A stretch of 64,000 nucleotides of DNA, taken from NCBI GenBank assembly GCA_965637545.1, contig OZ281495.1, positions 19,592,001 to 19,656,000 of the forward strand, in the 5' to 3' direction. The DNA comes from Phallusia mammillata. Taxonomy: Eukaryota. A model generated the notes under the pieces. It was not told the DNA's origin and ran no database searches. It was given only the letters and a program-made list of their open reading frames with translations. Below, piece by piece: positions 24,024 to 38,400 of this stretch. Position 1 is the first letter of the stretch, and every line of letters starts with the position of its first letter. Both the position numbers and the translations under genes were made by a program.

Positions 24024-24807
24024 TAGAATTGTGATTGTAATTCTTTGGTAATGTGCTGGTAGGACTTCACCGTTGATAAATTTAGCGTAAGTGCAACCTG
24101 TTTAACATTATTTTTGCAGATTTCAGATATAGTGCGATTTGAACGGAACATTGTTATGACAGTCATTGACAAAAACTATTTATGTTACGTTCCGAAAGAC
24201 GAGAACAGTACGGCTTGAAGATTGATCACACAAAACCAACTGGCCTATTACTCAAACGAAAAACTGGGACCAGGCTTTAATTGCTGTGTTGTATAGTCAA
24301 ATTAAGACAGTCGTATTTTAGGTACAGTAAAGTGTGCAGCATTGTCACCACCTTGGTAAAGACGTTGATTAGCAAAACAGTGATTGTAATCCGTAGAGAA
24401 TGACATATTAAACTAATGTACGTTGGGCCTGGATGTATATTACTTGCTACTTAACACAAATATTATTTTGTTCAAAATGTGTTCATGGATCGTGATTGCT
24501 ACCATTTGTTAAATTGCATTTTTAAATAAAAAATGCTTGTGCAAGTACTCCAGCTCTAGCATGAAACAGTTAGCAACTTAGCATTAACTTGACAAAAAAG
24601 TTCTGTATTGATGTGGCATTGAAAGCACTTTAAACATGTCAGTCTTTCTAGTAAATTTAGCAAAACAAGTTGTATTGCATTTTTACGTGCACTGAAAAAA
24701 AATCCGCAAACAATTTGAATTCAACATTACATTACCTCTGTTAGCATTTTACAGATAAAACTTTGACTAAAACTCACACATTAGTGATGTGATTTGAGGT
24801 TATTTAT

Positions 24808-25709
24808 GGGTAACACTAAAAGCAGAAAAACAGAAAAGCGGGAAAAGCAGGAAATCAACACTAAAAGCAGAAAAGAAAGGAAAAGCAGAAACAAGGGAAA
24901 TTTGTCTTTTCTAAAACAGGGAAAAAATAATTCCAGAAAAACAGAAAAAGAGTAAAATTTCTTGTTTCATAAAAAATTTATACGAGAAATACGAAAAGCA
25001 GAAAAACGGGAAATGTTTCTTTATTTGTTTTTTTGCCGTTCTAGCTCTTAAAAACCATTCGAAAGTGTTCTAATAGCGTTCTACATTGATTATGTCAAAA
25101 TACAGAAAAGACAGGAAATAAACAAATAAAAAACATTTCTTGTTTTTCAGTATTGGACACAACACACAATCAATGTAGAACGCTAATAGATCACATTCAA
25201 ATGATTTTTACGAGTTAGAAAGGGGCTCCTCCAAAATACACAATCTATAAAATGTTGATGGTTAGGGCTTTTTATGATAAAAATAACACTATAATTTAGT
25301 TTTAGATTCCCAGTATGGACTTAATATTCTCATATGTGTTGAAAGTGGTACAAAGCACTGTATGGTACCACATGTTAACACTAAGAAAATTAGGTCCAAA
25401 AGCTATCTAAATTAAATAATAAATTTATTTGTATTACAATCCCTCACCTTGACCCTTATAGCCGTAGATTGCGTATTTTAGAGTAGCCCATTAGAAAGGT
25501 ATAAAAAACAAATAAAGAAACATTTCCCGTTTTTCTGCTTTTCGTAATGAAACAAGAAATTTCACTCTTTTCCTGTTTTTCTGGAATTATTTTTTCCCTG
25601 TTTTAGAAAACACAAATTTCCCTTTTGTCTGCTTTTCCTTTCTTTTCTGCTTTTAGTGCTGATTTCCTGCTTTTCCCTCTTTTCTGTTTTTCTGCTTTTA
25701 GTGTGACCC
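24808..25709. mobile_element. MULE/Foldback-like non-autonomous element with ~220-bp purine/pyrimidine-biased TIRs
   Basis: Termini GGGTAACACTAAAAGCAG / CTGCTTTTAGTGTGACCC. Perfect 9-bp TSD GTTATTTAT at 24799-24807 and 25710-25718. AAAAGCAG modules. Confidence 0.9.
25223..25489. mobile_element. Second, deleted copy of the TACGCAATC MITE family, nested in the 24808-25709 element
   Basis: Internal sequence aligns with 16606-17041. Termini GGGCTCCTC / GAGTAGCCC. 9-bp flanks GTTAGAAAG / ATTAGAAAG (8/9). Confidence 0.85.
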
Positions 25710-26475
25710 GTTATTTATACATGAGGATATTAAAAAATAATAACTGTGTTGCTTACTTAAGCTGAAGATTGTGAAAAAGTCTGCTTTTTTAATGTGAGCA
25801 CCACCGCCAAAACCATGACACATTATATAGCACTAGCTTTTTAAACAACAGTGAAATTTATCTAAATCTATGAGGGAATTTAAGTGACATAGGCATTTCA
25901 CCTTCTTGTTTTACCACAGAATGTGGTAGTATAAATTCAGTCTCCAGTCTTCTGCTACTATATATACCATTTTGCTGGTTAGTTTGTGTGCTATACAGGA
26001 AGTTGTTGAAGTAATTACTGTCGGCTGGGCTAATATTATTACAAATCACTGTTCATCTCCTTTCTTTAAACTCTTTCTGTTGGTTTTAGGCCTTATAGGT
26101 AGATTAACAGTATGTGATAAAACTAGATAAAAGAATTGTTGATTTAAATTTGGTGCTACAATGGAAACACAATCAGGCCTCACTCGGACATTAACTGAAA
26201 GGTTTGACCAGTAAAAAGTGTTTAGTATTGCATGTTGTGGTGAATATTTGTTTGTTTGACTGATAGTCACAAAATCAGTGCTTATTTGATGGGTAAGGGG
26301 TTGTTTTTTTAATCGGTTGGGTCATCAAACAATTATAAATGTCAACAATGTACACAAACATGTCCTCAACAATGTATGTGTTATGACAATACCCCATATT
26401 TATTTTCTGGCATATCCATGAATTTAATATGTGTGTATATATAGTCATGGAAATTAAGCCAATCTGTTTTTAAAG

Positions 26476-29400
26476 GTTGGTGAGCAGAAAGGAACGAAAA
26501 GAGCACAGGTAATATTTGCACAACATTTTACTAAACAAGGAAAACAAACAATAGCATTTTTGTTGTAAATGTAATGGTATATATTTGTCAAGTAAAATGT
26601 TAAGTGTTATGTTGAACTGAAATGTGCCAGTAATCTATTTGTTTTGAATCTAGGCTTAGCAAAGCAAGTATTGGTCAGCCAATGAAGATAAATGATAAGA
26701 AAAATGAAAAGACAGAAGCTGATGGTAAGCAAGTATGGATGAGCAATATTTGGTTTAAATAGTACTATATGTTTGTTGCATCATCACAAGACAAAAAAAA
26801 GATATTTTGTAAAAACTAAAAATGTTTTCGATGATGCCTTTATCACTTAATAGGAGCTCCTACTTTAGTCATGAAATGTGTTGTGGTTCAAAAAGATGAA
26901 AATGGATATGGTTTGACTGTCAGTGGAGATAATCCTGTCTATGTGCAATCTGTAAAACCAGGTATGGAACATTGGATTACTGCAACAATTTTCAGTGTTA
27001 CTATTCCTCACCTTGAATCTGATTCTGTGTTTGTGGATGAACATTATTAAGTGGGTGACTACTTACGATGTTGGATTAGTCTAAATAAAGCTGTTTCCCA
27101 AATTTTGACTTTCAAACACTATCACTGTGTTAAGCTTAAAATAAGATAATGGCAGCCCACTTTGATTTCTTTGTGATGGTGTTCCATTCTTTGACATTAA
27201 TTTATGACTTTGTGTTCTGCACAGATGGTGCTGCTCACAAAGCTGGTGTTACCCAAGGTGACAGAATTATCAAGGTATGAAAAGAAAGTTAGAAAAATGT
27301 TTTACACATACTATTATTGCACCTGCACATTGTTGTAACATCCATGGCTCACACAGACCAGACCAGGCCCACTTATTCAGACACTATAAAGTAAAGCAAA
27401 CATTGCTTAAACAGTGCAAATCAAATACAACATTTACCTGATTTGTATGTAACCAGCATCACAATGGAAAGTTATTTTATGAGATAATGTGCTTTCAGGT
27501 TAATAATACCAATGTGACTGACTGCAATCATGTGGATGTTGTTCGTCTTATCAAAGGTATATTCCCATCAACTATACTTTGTGTGTGTGTAGTATTAAAC
27601 AATTACTTAAATGTATTGCTAAATTTGCTGCTGAGTTGATAAACAAAATATTTTCAATCTAATTCCATAACAATAGCTTTATCAGGACACTGCAAAAATA
27701 GAATCAGTACAAATCTATGTTTTTTTGCAGCTAAATCATATGTTGCTTTGACTTTACTTGGTATTCCAAAATTATCATCAGTTACCAATACAAATGATGT
27801 GGAGAGCAACCAGGTCACTCACCCACCACCTGTCAATGAGTACATCACAGGTCCCAAAGGACAATTGGTAAACTTGATTTTTTTCTGCCATTGCTTTGTA
27901 GCTTACACTTTTGATGTTAATTTTTGACTTTGCAGAAGGAATTTTATGACCAGAAAGTTGAGACCATTAAAAAAATGCTGGAACAAGAAGTTACAGAAGT
28001 TGAGGTAAACAATAGATTTGTGGATTTTGGTGGCAGTTGTAATGTATGACGTTATTTCTTTTGTAGCGAATAAAAGAAGAGTATGCAAAAAATCCATCCC
28101 CAAAGTTACTGACAGATCTGGGAACAGCACAAAAGTTAAAGCAGGACTTGGAAAAGCAGCTTTGGAAAGTGAGTTGAACTTTTGGTGTTATATTGCAAAA
28201 GTAGGCTATGGATTTTGTTAAAGGATGTAAGTGGGATCTTTGTACTGGATACTATTAGTGACAATCAGGACAACCAAGTAAACAAATCAAATTGGATCAT
28301 GTAAACAGATTGTTTGTTGAATGCCTTGTACATATGTAACTTTCTTTGTAAGTATTTATTAAAAACTTTTGTATTGTGGCTTACTGACCTTCACAAACCA
28401 GGATTAGCTTTCACTTATACAAGTAAAACATTACTATGTAACCACCACATATTAATATTGTTACCTAACTGCATGAGAAAAATGTTGAAAATTTGAAGTT
28501 CTGCTAGATGGAGCTATAGTGCTGGATGCTTTTTCAGGTTGAAAGCAAAAAAGGACAACCACAAGTTGCTGAACAACCCCCAGTGATTTCACCTCCAACT
28601 CATGTTACTGATGTTGATGACACCACAAGTAAGCTGAAAAATATATGGCACACTTTATGTCCCAAAGTCGCAATGCTTTCATTAGTTTTTAGGCATATAC
28701 AATCATTTTACCTTTTAATACAAATTTTACTCTATACACTAAAAGCATTAAATTCAAATTAAATATTTAGCTTATAACAGATTCATGGTAATCACTTTAA
28801 AACACAAAGTGTCAAAACAGGGTTTACATTTTATTGTGTTTAGTCACTTTGCACTGTTTGTAAGTTGTGACATGACGTATGTGTCCCCCTCACTGCATAG
28901 AATTTAGCACTAGCAAAGAAAGTTAGAAAGAGGAAATAATCGAGAAGGGAGCTGGCAAGCATTTCCTGACATTCTGACGTTATTGCCTATATGACACAGA
29001 TCCCACAAGGCTTGTTGATATCCAGTAAAGGGTGGCTCCCAGTCAAATTTGACCTTCGGCATGTAATAAGGGACAGTTTATTGTTGCGTTTTTTGTTACT
29101 TCCGATTGTTTACAGCAAAATTTATGAGACTAGTGGTTAATTAATCTAGCCGGAGGAACTTAGACAAACTTCTTTCAGAAAGCTTTGAGACAAGCAAGGT
29201 TTATTATATGTCACAGTTTAGGAATCTGTTAACTTTCAGGAGTATTTTGTAAATAATGATCATGTCTATAAACAGACAACATAGATAATCCCTGGATTTA
29301 TTTTACACATCCAGGATACTATAATAGCTAGGTTTTAAGGTGGGTTATAGAATGAGAGTTTTGTAAGAATCAATAAGGTTTCTGTTACCTTAAAGGTGTT

Positions 29401-32400
29401 GACATTGAAGACGAAACACCACCATCGATTGACATGGATATAGGATCTTCCCTATTTCATCTTGAAGAAGTAAGTTGTAACTGTGTTTATGTCTTTTTCG
29501 GTAAAGTATACATTTATGCAAATATTTAATAAAGTGGAGGTAAAAGGGGCTTACTAGATCTATGCAATACTGATGCTATTATTTATTACAGTGCTGTTTT
29601 GGCACATTAAGAAGCTTATGAAAGTTGTAAATATGGGCAACTGACAAGTGTAGAGTTGCTAAAATACAAAGTGAAGCATACTTTTGACCAACAACAGCAT
29701 TATGTTTTTAAAAACTGTTGAACATAATTTTTTGCCGATAAAAGTACACAAACCTAACAAGAAATTTCTAATTGCTGTCTGAATCTCATGGAATTTTATA
29801 CTTTTAACGTTCCTAACCAATTGAAGGTCAATACTTCTGTGTTCTATGATACAACCAATATTTGATTAGCTGTTGATCAATTATTAATCATGGGTGTTCC
29901 TGGATAATGGATCTGCAGCACGATTTACAGTTCGTTCGAATGTACAGTTATGTGCTATGGATGAGGCACTTGCCATATTGTTGAAACATTTTGTATCTAA
30001 TTTAATGGTTTTTGATTTCAACATACACTTACTCGCAATATATTGACTTATAAACAGAGGCTTAACGCTTAGTTTGAGGAGTATCTTGCTATATCCTGTC
30101 CTTTCTTACCTTGTTGGAAGCAGCTCATTCCAATCAACGGTCTTGTTAAATATTTGGTCCAAATGCACGTTTTGGTCCTTCTAAAGCGAGCCGATTAGAT
30201 TTTTCGATTAGCGCCCGTTTTTTGTTTGCCCATTTGCTTTTGGCAGAAGACAAATGACTTCGTGACGAGGAATATGCTAACAAGCGCCCCAAATCCTATA
30301 GGCAAAGCAATTTGAGCTGTAATCATATGTAACTCTGATACTTATATTGTACTGGTCAGTTACAGCAACATTGCCCGTTTTTTGTCGGTTGGGTAACGTT
30401 TACGCAAGATAATCATAAAAACGCAGTTTGGTCATGTTTGCCGACCTTTCGGTGTTTTTATGGCGTCTAGCCAATATCAGTACTCCTCCCTGTAATAACT
30501 AGGAACTTCGAAATCTCATATTGGTTTATTAATGATTAACAAACGGGTTTCAGTGGCCGGTTGCGTACACAACACTTTGGTCTCCGCTAATTATTCGAAC
30601 GTGTTTCACTGTCACAAGCAGTCTGTGAAGGCTGCTTTCGTTCGATTGTTGGTCTTTTTAATGGTGCTTTACGCTCTTGGCGTGTAGAATGATTGTGGAG
30701 TTAACAACCTTGTACCAGTGCGCGCAGTTTTTGTTAATGTTCGACTAGAAGCAAGTTAAAGATGTAAAGTTCATCACATATGCAGTTGTGCAGGATTGGA
30801 ATGTTTGCTTTGTTCAATGCCAGTTTATGAGCTTCGAACTTTGTCGTTTTGCCCTAAAACAAGCATCGCTGCCAATGCCCATTAGGCGCTTTTACACATT
30901 TGTCTGTCGTGCGCGTAGAAGATAAAGTCTTCCTAGAACACGAGTCATGATGTCACTCGAACACTCGTAACGATTGAACAGCATCAGTTTTTTTGTCAGT
31001 TGTGGTATGATTTGTGCGCAGCAAAACTATTTGCTATCAGTTTGTCACCAGAGAAAAGTTTTTCTAAGTTTAGAGGGGGTTTACCGCCAACAACAATAAA
31101 TACAACGCGTTTATATGACGTACAGATTAAATGTGCACTTGGCAGTTCGGCAGACTGGGAGTATAGACACCGTATTCACAAGTTACTAGCATGTTTAAAA
31201 TCAAAGTCTTCTACAGGGTAGTTTTGTTTACCAGCCGCGTCAAGAGGTATCGTTCTACAATCGTTAAGATTGTATAACCTATAGTTTTTCAGTAAAGTTT
31301 TAAAGAAGCGTCGCATAGCAAAGAATTAGTCATATCAACAATGTATTACCAGCCTGCCATTGTCCGTATTGGATTACATATGAACGCGTATTTGGTTATT
31401 TTAGGAAACGTGTGATAAGAGATAAAAGCGGTGTATTTGGCGGGACAAGCCTTTCATGGAAGTGATCACTTTTCGCGACTTTACGTAATTCTTCGTTTTG
31501 ATTATCCCATCACGCCCCGTAACGTCATGCTCCTTGGATGCATTAAGAAAATCGGAAGTTAAATGTGATTGAATGCGTGGGCCTCTTGCATTTTTTCTGC
31601 CCACTTCATCCACATGTTCCGCTATATTCCATCCAGACAGGCATTCTATATTTGGATTTAGCAGTTGCAAGGTTGCCAGCATCGTTGAATTGTCCAGCAC
31701 GTCCAGTAGGGCAAGGCACACAATTCAGCTGTATGTAACAGAATAACGGCGATTGTTTGCTTCGCGCAACCTTTTGAAGAATTCAAATACACCCATTATG
31801 TCAACCTTAGGTTTGTAATTTACAAGCGCGCCAGGTTCCGAGAATTTCTTGCCGTAATTTCGTTTATGCGATAGCAATATCAATGGCGCTGGATTACGGC
31901 ATAAGTAGATTTAGTTTTGAAAGGCGAGCAGTATGAATTTTCACACGCCTTGATTTAGAACTTCCTGGGCTGTTGTGGTTTTGGGTGGGTTTAGTTTTAG
32001 CCAAGAATCCATATTGGTGAGAAACGTGGCGTTGTATTAGTGTTCTGGTTTCAGTAACAGCACAAAACTAGCAAGTAGTTGGTTGTAGCTAAACTGCAAA
32101 ATATTTTGTGAACAACGTACGTTTAAGTATACATTTTGCACTTACATTTAGATCCAACGAATCAAAAAATAGTGATTGTATGTTGTTGGAAATAGCTGAT
32201 TTTTGTGACTCAAAGTTGCTGCTACAAAAATAGATTAATGGCTTCAGACGAAGATGGAGATACGGACCACGTTTATGAAACCGTTCAGGTCCAATTCAAA
32301 CACACGTCTAAAAATTCATCGACTAAACATTCATCGACAACATGGTATAGTGAGGATGTAAGAAATTCACCAAGTCTACCTCACCGTTCTCGTGGCCCAA

Positions 32401-35400
32401 GCATTAACTCCTTCGTGAAAAAGATGAACCGTCGCAGCATGCCGCCACTTAGCCAGTCTGGAATTGACAGCATCGTTTATGAAAGCCAGTCGAAAAGCAA
32501 TGATTTGCCTACCGCCATAAGCTCACCGCCACCATTGTTGCCCAAACAAAGACCGTATGTAAGCCTAAATTCTAAAGCAGTGTCCAGTCCGTCCACTCCG
32601 ATTAGTCCGATGACTTCAGTTGGTGGACAGTTCTCGTTTTTCCATCCCAGTTTTGTTCCTCCTCCAGCGGTACCTCCCCGTACTTCGCGGCTTTCCGATG
32701 CTTCTTTGAGGTCACCCAGCAGTCACAGCCTAGGACTCAACATCACTAACGTGAGGCGGGTGTCAAGCTTTCCCCAGTCAGAGCCGCCTGGCATGCGCCC
32801 CATTCGCATTCCTCGATCCCCAATATCCTTTGGTCCTGTCTACTCTTCATCTCCAACGTCTTCTATTGACGAATGCGATTCTTCTTCTTCGTCCAGCGAC
32901 TTACAGCAATCTACACCAGTGATGTCAGCACGGCGAGGAAGTGAACCTCAGAGAACCAAGTCATCAATAAAACTTTCAAGAAATCGTTCAGCTGTAGTTC
33001 GTATCAAGGTCAGACCTTTTTTTAACAAGTTTGCTGCCAACAAACAGGAGAGTTTGTTACACGATAGGTAACAAAAAACGAACGGTTTTATGCTTGGTCG
33101 GGCACCAAGGCAGTGCAAAGAAAGTTTCTGTTCCGCACTGTTTTCGAAATTTTCGGATCGCCAATACGTTTGTGTGCGATCCAATTAACATTTAAAATCG
33201 CAAGAATTGCTGATACCAACTGGTAACGTTTTGCTTTTATAGTTGATTGCGCGTTTTATCAAAAGTTAAAAATAGGCGTTTGCGCAAACACAACGGCAAG
33301 AAAAGGCGTCATGTCGAGTAAAATGGTTTTGTAGCTTACCCGTAGTTATAGAAATATTCTGTGAAAGACTTGGTTACAGAGAAGTGAGTTGGGTGAGTAA
33401 CGTCACGCGCGTCATTGAGCAAATGTCGCGTACTTCTGTGTGTACTGCCCTCTGCGCCACTCGCGCTTGTTTGTAGTTCAAGCAACGTTAGCGACTTGGG
33501 CCATAGTGTGATCAATCGCTGTATGCATCCGCACTACACAGAAAGGGACGTATCACACAGTGCGTTGATTTTGCTGAGCGTGAGTTTAGCACCATGCAAA
33601 GCGTGTACCTAATCACTGTTGCTTTTAAGTTGACCAAAATGTGTCAGTCAGCCAGCCAGCGATAAAGGCGGTCTTAACTTGTTACTGGGCAGTGTTGTGA
33701 TGAATGCATAGATTGGAACCTATAGACATAGTTATGTGTTAAACTAATTTGTGAAAAGTATAAGTTTGAATTTGGAAATGTTACAAAATGAAAGACCATA
33801 CACATTACTGTTTTTTTATGTTATGTGACATAAATTATTATCTGTGGTTGGAATGCAATATGGTGCTTGGTTAGGGTAAAGGGCAAAACACTCATTCTCA
33901 TTTATTTCAACCTCTGGTACCTAATATTTGATTTATACTGGGTGTGGTTGTTAAACACAAGTTAAACCACTATTACAAGGTTACGACTGGTTTTGTGTGC
34001 TAAATGTCGCTGGGTTGTTAATGTCAAATACCGTTGGCAGAACAAATTTCTTTGTTGTTCACTACCATGTTTTTAGTTGGCACTCTTTCAGTTGTGGGTT
34101 GCAGTGTGAAATGTAGTTGTGTAATCTACTTTCCAGCCCTGAAGTTTGCTACAAAACTATATGGCTTATTTTTTCAGTCTTGTGGTTACCACAGATTGAT
34201 ACTGTTTACCATTCGAGACATGGTATAAATTTGTGTTTTTTTAAGTTGAGATATTCCTGGAGTTGTTAGAAATGCTTAGCATGCCATGTTCTATATTTGA
34301 AGATTGTAACTATGTATTAATAAGCAGTGGTGGTCGAAATAACATTTCAAAGCTATGCCAAAATACCACCACAGCCAAATAAAGGTATGTAGGTTGGAAA
34401 CCCATATTACAGTGTGTAAACAAAGAGTTTATCCACCCCGATCTATTAATGATCCACAAGCTTTCCATGGTGTGAGCTAACATTTGAAGTTGTACTACAG
34501 TGATGTCTTGCTGTAGTCTACTTTGTGTGGTATACTGAACAGTGTTTAAACATGTATGCAGACCAGGAAATGGTAAACAAATTTAGTAGTTATTGTTGGT
34601 TTAAAGAAAGGTGCTCTTTAGTTCTAATTAACACCAGTTGTGATATTTGTGAAATATGCTGTTTTTCATCAGAGAGACCCATCTACTCGAGAGTATCGAA
34701 GTCAAACAGTTAGTGAAGTGAGCTTATCTCGCCAAAGTGGATTAGATGTATCCAATTCGTCATTGATGGGTTCAGAGGAGAATTCAAACATGAACCTGAT
34801 GGGTGGAATGCCATTTGATTTGGTTAATCATGTATGTATAGTGTGTTGTCAGCTACATTTTGCAAACAAGTTATTTGGTTATATGTAACTTCATTGTAGA
34901 ACGATGTTGCCAAACCTACAACCCCAGTTCCAGAGCAAAACAGAACTATAATGAACTTTGAAGATGAAGACATTGCTAAAGATGAACTTACGGTAAGAAA
35001 ACCTGGCAAACGTTTTTTTGTTGTGTGTGCTATGCTACTTCCTTGTTAGTGAGACATGCTGTTTCCTCTACCTAATGCTGCTAAATAGATTATATTTTTA
35101 AAAGTTTTCTGTTATGTCTTTGTCAAAAACCCTTTAATATGTTATAGGTGAAAGATCATGGGCCATTTAATGACTTTGACAAGCTTACTCAGCGGCCGGC
35201 ACATTTAGCTGTTTTTCTTAAATATGTTATCCAGTCACATGACCCTTCAAATCTGGTAAGTTTAAGCTAAAAACAGCAATGCATGTTTCACAAAAATTAC
35301 TTCATGTCTCAAAGTCCTGTTTTTCTTGCATTTATATTGTATTGTTGAAGCAGAGTGTAATATTTGTTTCAACATTTTACAGCTGTTTTTCTTGACTGTT

Positions 35401-38400
35401 GATAATTATCGACTTCTCTCAAGTGCGAAAGAAATGGCCAAACAAGCAGAAATTATTCATAAACATTACCTTGCACCAAATGCGGTAAGTGTTAAATGAA
35501 CTGAAACATTGTTTCAAACCCATGTTTATGTGTAAAACATGTTTTTAGCCATTGCGAGTGGAAGTAGATGATGCTATTACAAAGAGTATTCGTAAGTGAT
35601 TGATGTTGTTGAATACCTTACCTATCCGTGGGTACACCAGCCTGTTTAACACAAATAATTTCTTTTTCAATAGAGTCTACAATACATGTAAAAAATCCAG
35701 CAGAGGAAATTTTAAGAGGGGTTTTCGATCCTGCTGTACAAGTTTCCAATAAGGAGGTAAATCCTATGATGGATGTATAGCCAGAGTTGTTTTTTATGGT
35801 TTTTGAATGCTATATTATAATGCAATCAATTATAATTTATCAAAGATGAGCGTCGGTTGTGTTGAATATCTCTATAAGCTGTTGCATTGTAGACAAATTG
35901 TCCAATAATGTGTTTTAGCAACATAGCTGTTACTAGGGATGTGCCAAAACTGCAAATGTTCTGTTTGCAAATGTTTCGAGCACGCTCGGTGCATTATGAT
36001 GTCACAAAAAAAATCCCTTTCTAAGTTTTAGCTCTACAAGGCCTCTTACGTCACCGGCGGTGTTTTATTAAGCTGTACATGCCCATAAAGTATGCGTTTT
36101 TCCACCATCTAGTGTATTTGAAAAATCATTCGTTTATGTTCATAGACACCCTTTCGAACACTAGTTACATATGTTAGCAGGGCATGAATATGCAAATTTA
36201 ACGCTTGGGTTAGTTTGTGCAACTGCTCGGCCGAGCACCGAGCATTACAAACAGCGATGCTCGGTACCGAGTACTCAGGTTCTGGCTCGGCTCGGCACAT
36301 CCCTAGCTGTTACTAATCTGTTGCAAGTAATTGGGATAAAACTGTTGCATGAACTGCACAAATAGTTCATAGACCTTAGGAATTATACAGAATCCTAAAA
36401 TTTCCCTAAAGGAACCTATATATAGACCCTTATATAATAAAACCTTAAATTACTATAAATCAACTAGTTTTTTTATTATCTGTTGTTTATGTGATGTAGT
36501 ATTAAGTAATTGTTTTGTAGATTCGCAATCAACTCAGTCAGTACCGCATCAAAAGAGAACAAGGTCTGGGAAACTTGTTTGGAGATGAGAAACTTGATAA
36601 CATTGGTTTGGGTGATGCTCAACAAGATGCTAGGATTGTGGAGGACATTGTTATGCCATTAATAAACGACATGTAAGGAAACTGAAATTCTATGTGTTGT
36701 AAAACATTATATGATTTTTGTGTGTGTAGAAATGCCAGCAGTTGGGAAGAAAGCGAACAAGCAAAATGGTAAGTAATTATTTTGTCACTGTTTGTTAGTA
36801 CTCTATGCAGGTTGTCTAAATAATGTGCTCATAGGTTGTTGATTCAAGACACCATTGCAGCATTTGTCAACAAGTACATTGGAAAACGGTCTAAATCCAA
36901 GATTACTTCAAAAGTCTATTCAATGCTTAAAACCAACAAGGTAGTTAATTTTTAGCTTCACTTTTTTAGCATTAGGCAGGAGGTGATTGATTACCTTTAC
37001 CGTTTGTGTCATGACTTTGTAGTCCCAGCAACCCGCATTAGCAAAATCAAAAGCATATGGGAGCCAGGAATCAATTATAGATGATGGCAACAAAAGATCA
37101 AGTGTGTTTCTAAACTGGAAAAGAAAAACTCCACGAAGCAATGATCCTGCTGGTTAGTAGATGGAAACAGTGTAGAAAAAAGTCATTTTCAATTGTTTGT
37201 GCAATGTCTTTAATTTTATTTTTAGTTTAGGCATTATGTTGCTAAAAAGGTTGCTTGTTACATAACCTTGTGGATGCTTTATAGCAACTCTTGCTTTTGT
37301 TCCGGAATGATCAACATCTTTTCTTGGTTTATTTACAAATGCATGTTTTACTCTGTTACCAAAAAATAATTTTGATTCAATAATGGTGGCCTGGTGATTT
37401 GACGACTACAAAGTGACCACTAACCTGTATAACATGTCATGTTAATACCACAGCAGATGGCAAAAAACATCAAGACCGCAGGGATCGGGAGTCTAAAAAG
37501 TCAGGCAAATCCCGTGAAACAATTTGGGAAAACCCACCCCTTGGCTCAACTATTCTAATGCCAACCAAAGTAAACCCACCCACCTCGCCCGAGCAAAATG
37601 TTTTGTCGACATCAGTGGACAGTTCTGTAGAACTTTCTGTATTTGACAAGCAGGACGGCCTGCTAAGTGAAAAACAACATTCAACAAAGTCTAGTGTTAA
37701 GTCGAATCACTCGCCAGTTCGGCCGAGCAACATTCCCACTGAGGAATTACAGAGAGCAGAGGAATTGCATACTGGAGTGTTTGACACAGGTGCCACATGA
37801 CATGTAGAATTGCTGTTGTAAAGAAAGCTTGATGTGGCTGCCATATGGTCAATTAATTGCTGCTAGAGTTGTCAGTTTTAGCATTGTGCTTATTGTTGCT
37901 CTAACATGCCAGCAGCATGATGCAGCGCAAGTTTTTGGCAATTTCCTAAACAAATGATAGCGGAGGTCAAGATTATGGTACCAACTAATTTTATAAGCAG
38001 TGTATCTGAATGCATGCCAAAATTTCTCCAGAATGGCATGTGGTTGATTTCAACATCAGGTGACATTGTCCATTTTTTTTAAAAACTGAGTTATGGTCAG
38101 ATAAACATGATGTCAATGGGAAAGCCAACCTTGCCATTTTAGAGAAACCTGAGAAATTTGTCACAACCTAACTGTGATTTTTGCATGCTTTTTATGTTCG
38201 TAAGCTGCTTCTGTTATTTTTGTGTCAATTTATTAAAACAATACACCTCTATTAATTTTGGATTAAAGTAAAAAAACTACCATTTCATTTTATAACTCAT
38301 AAAAGACTAATTGAGTCATGTCAGTTTTTGACCAAAACAGAAAACTTAGCTGAAATTTGTGATGTGCTAAAGTTTACCAATGTTTTATCTGACAATACAA

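Noticed and set aside
25858-26270. Minus-strand coding-like fragments in the RhoGEF 5' region
   Set aside because: Short, interrupted, with no recognisable motif or consistent splice path; possibly decayed TE sequence.
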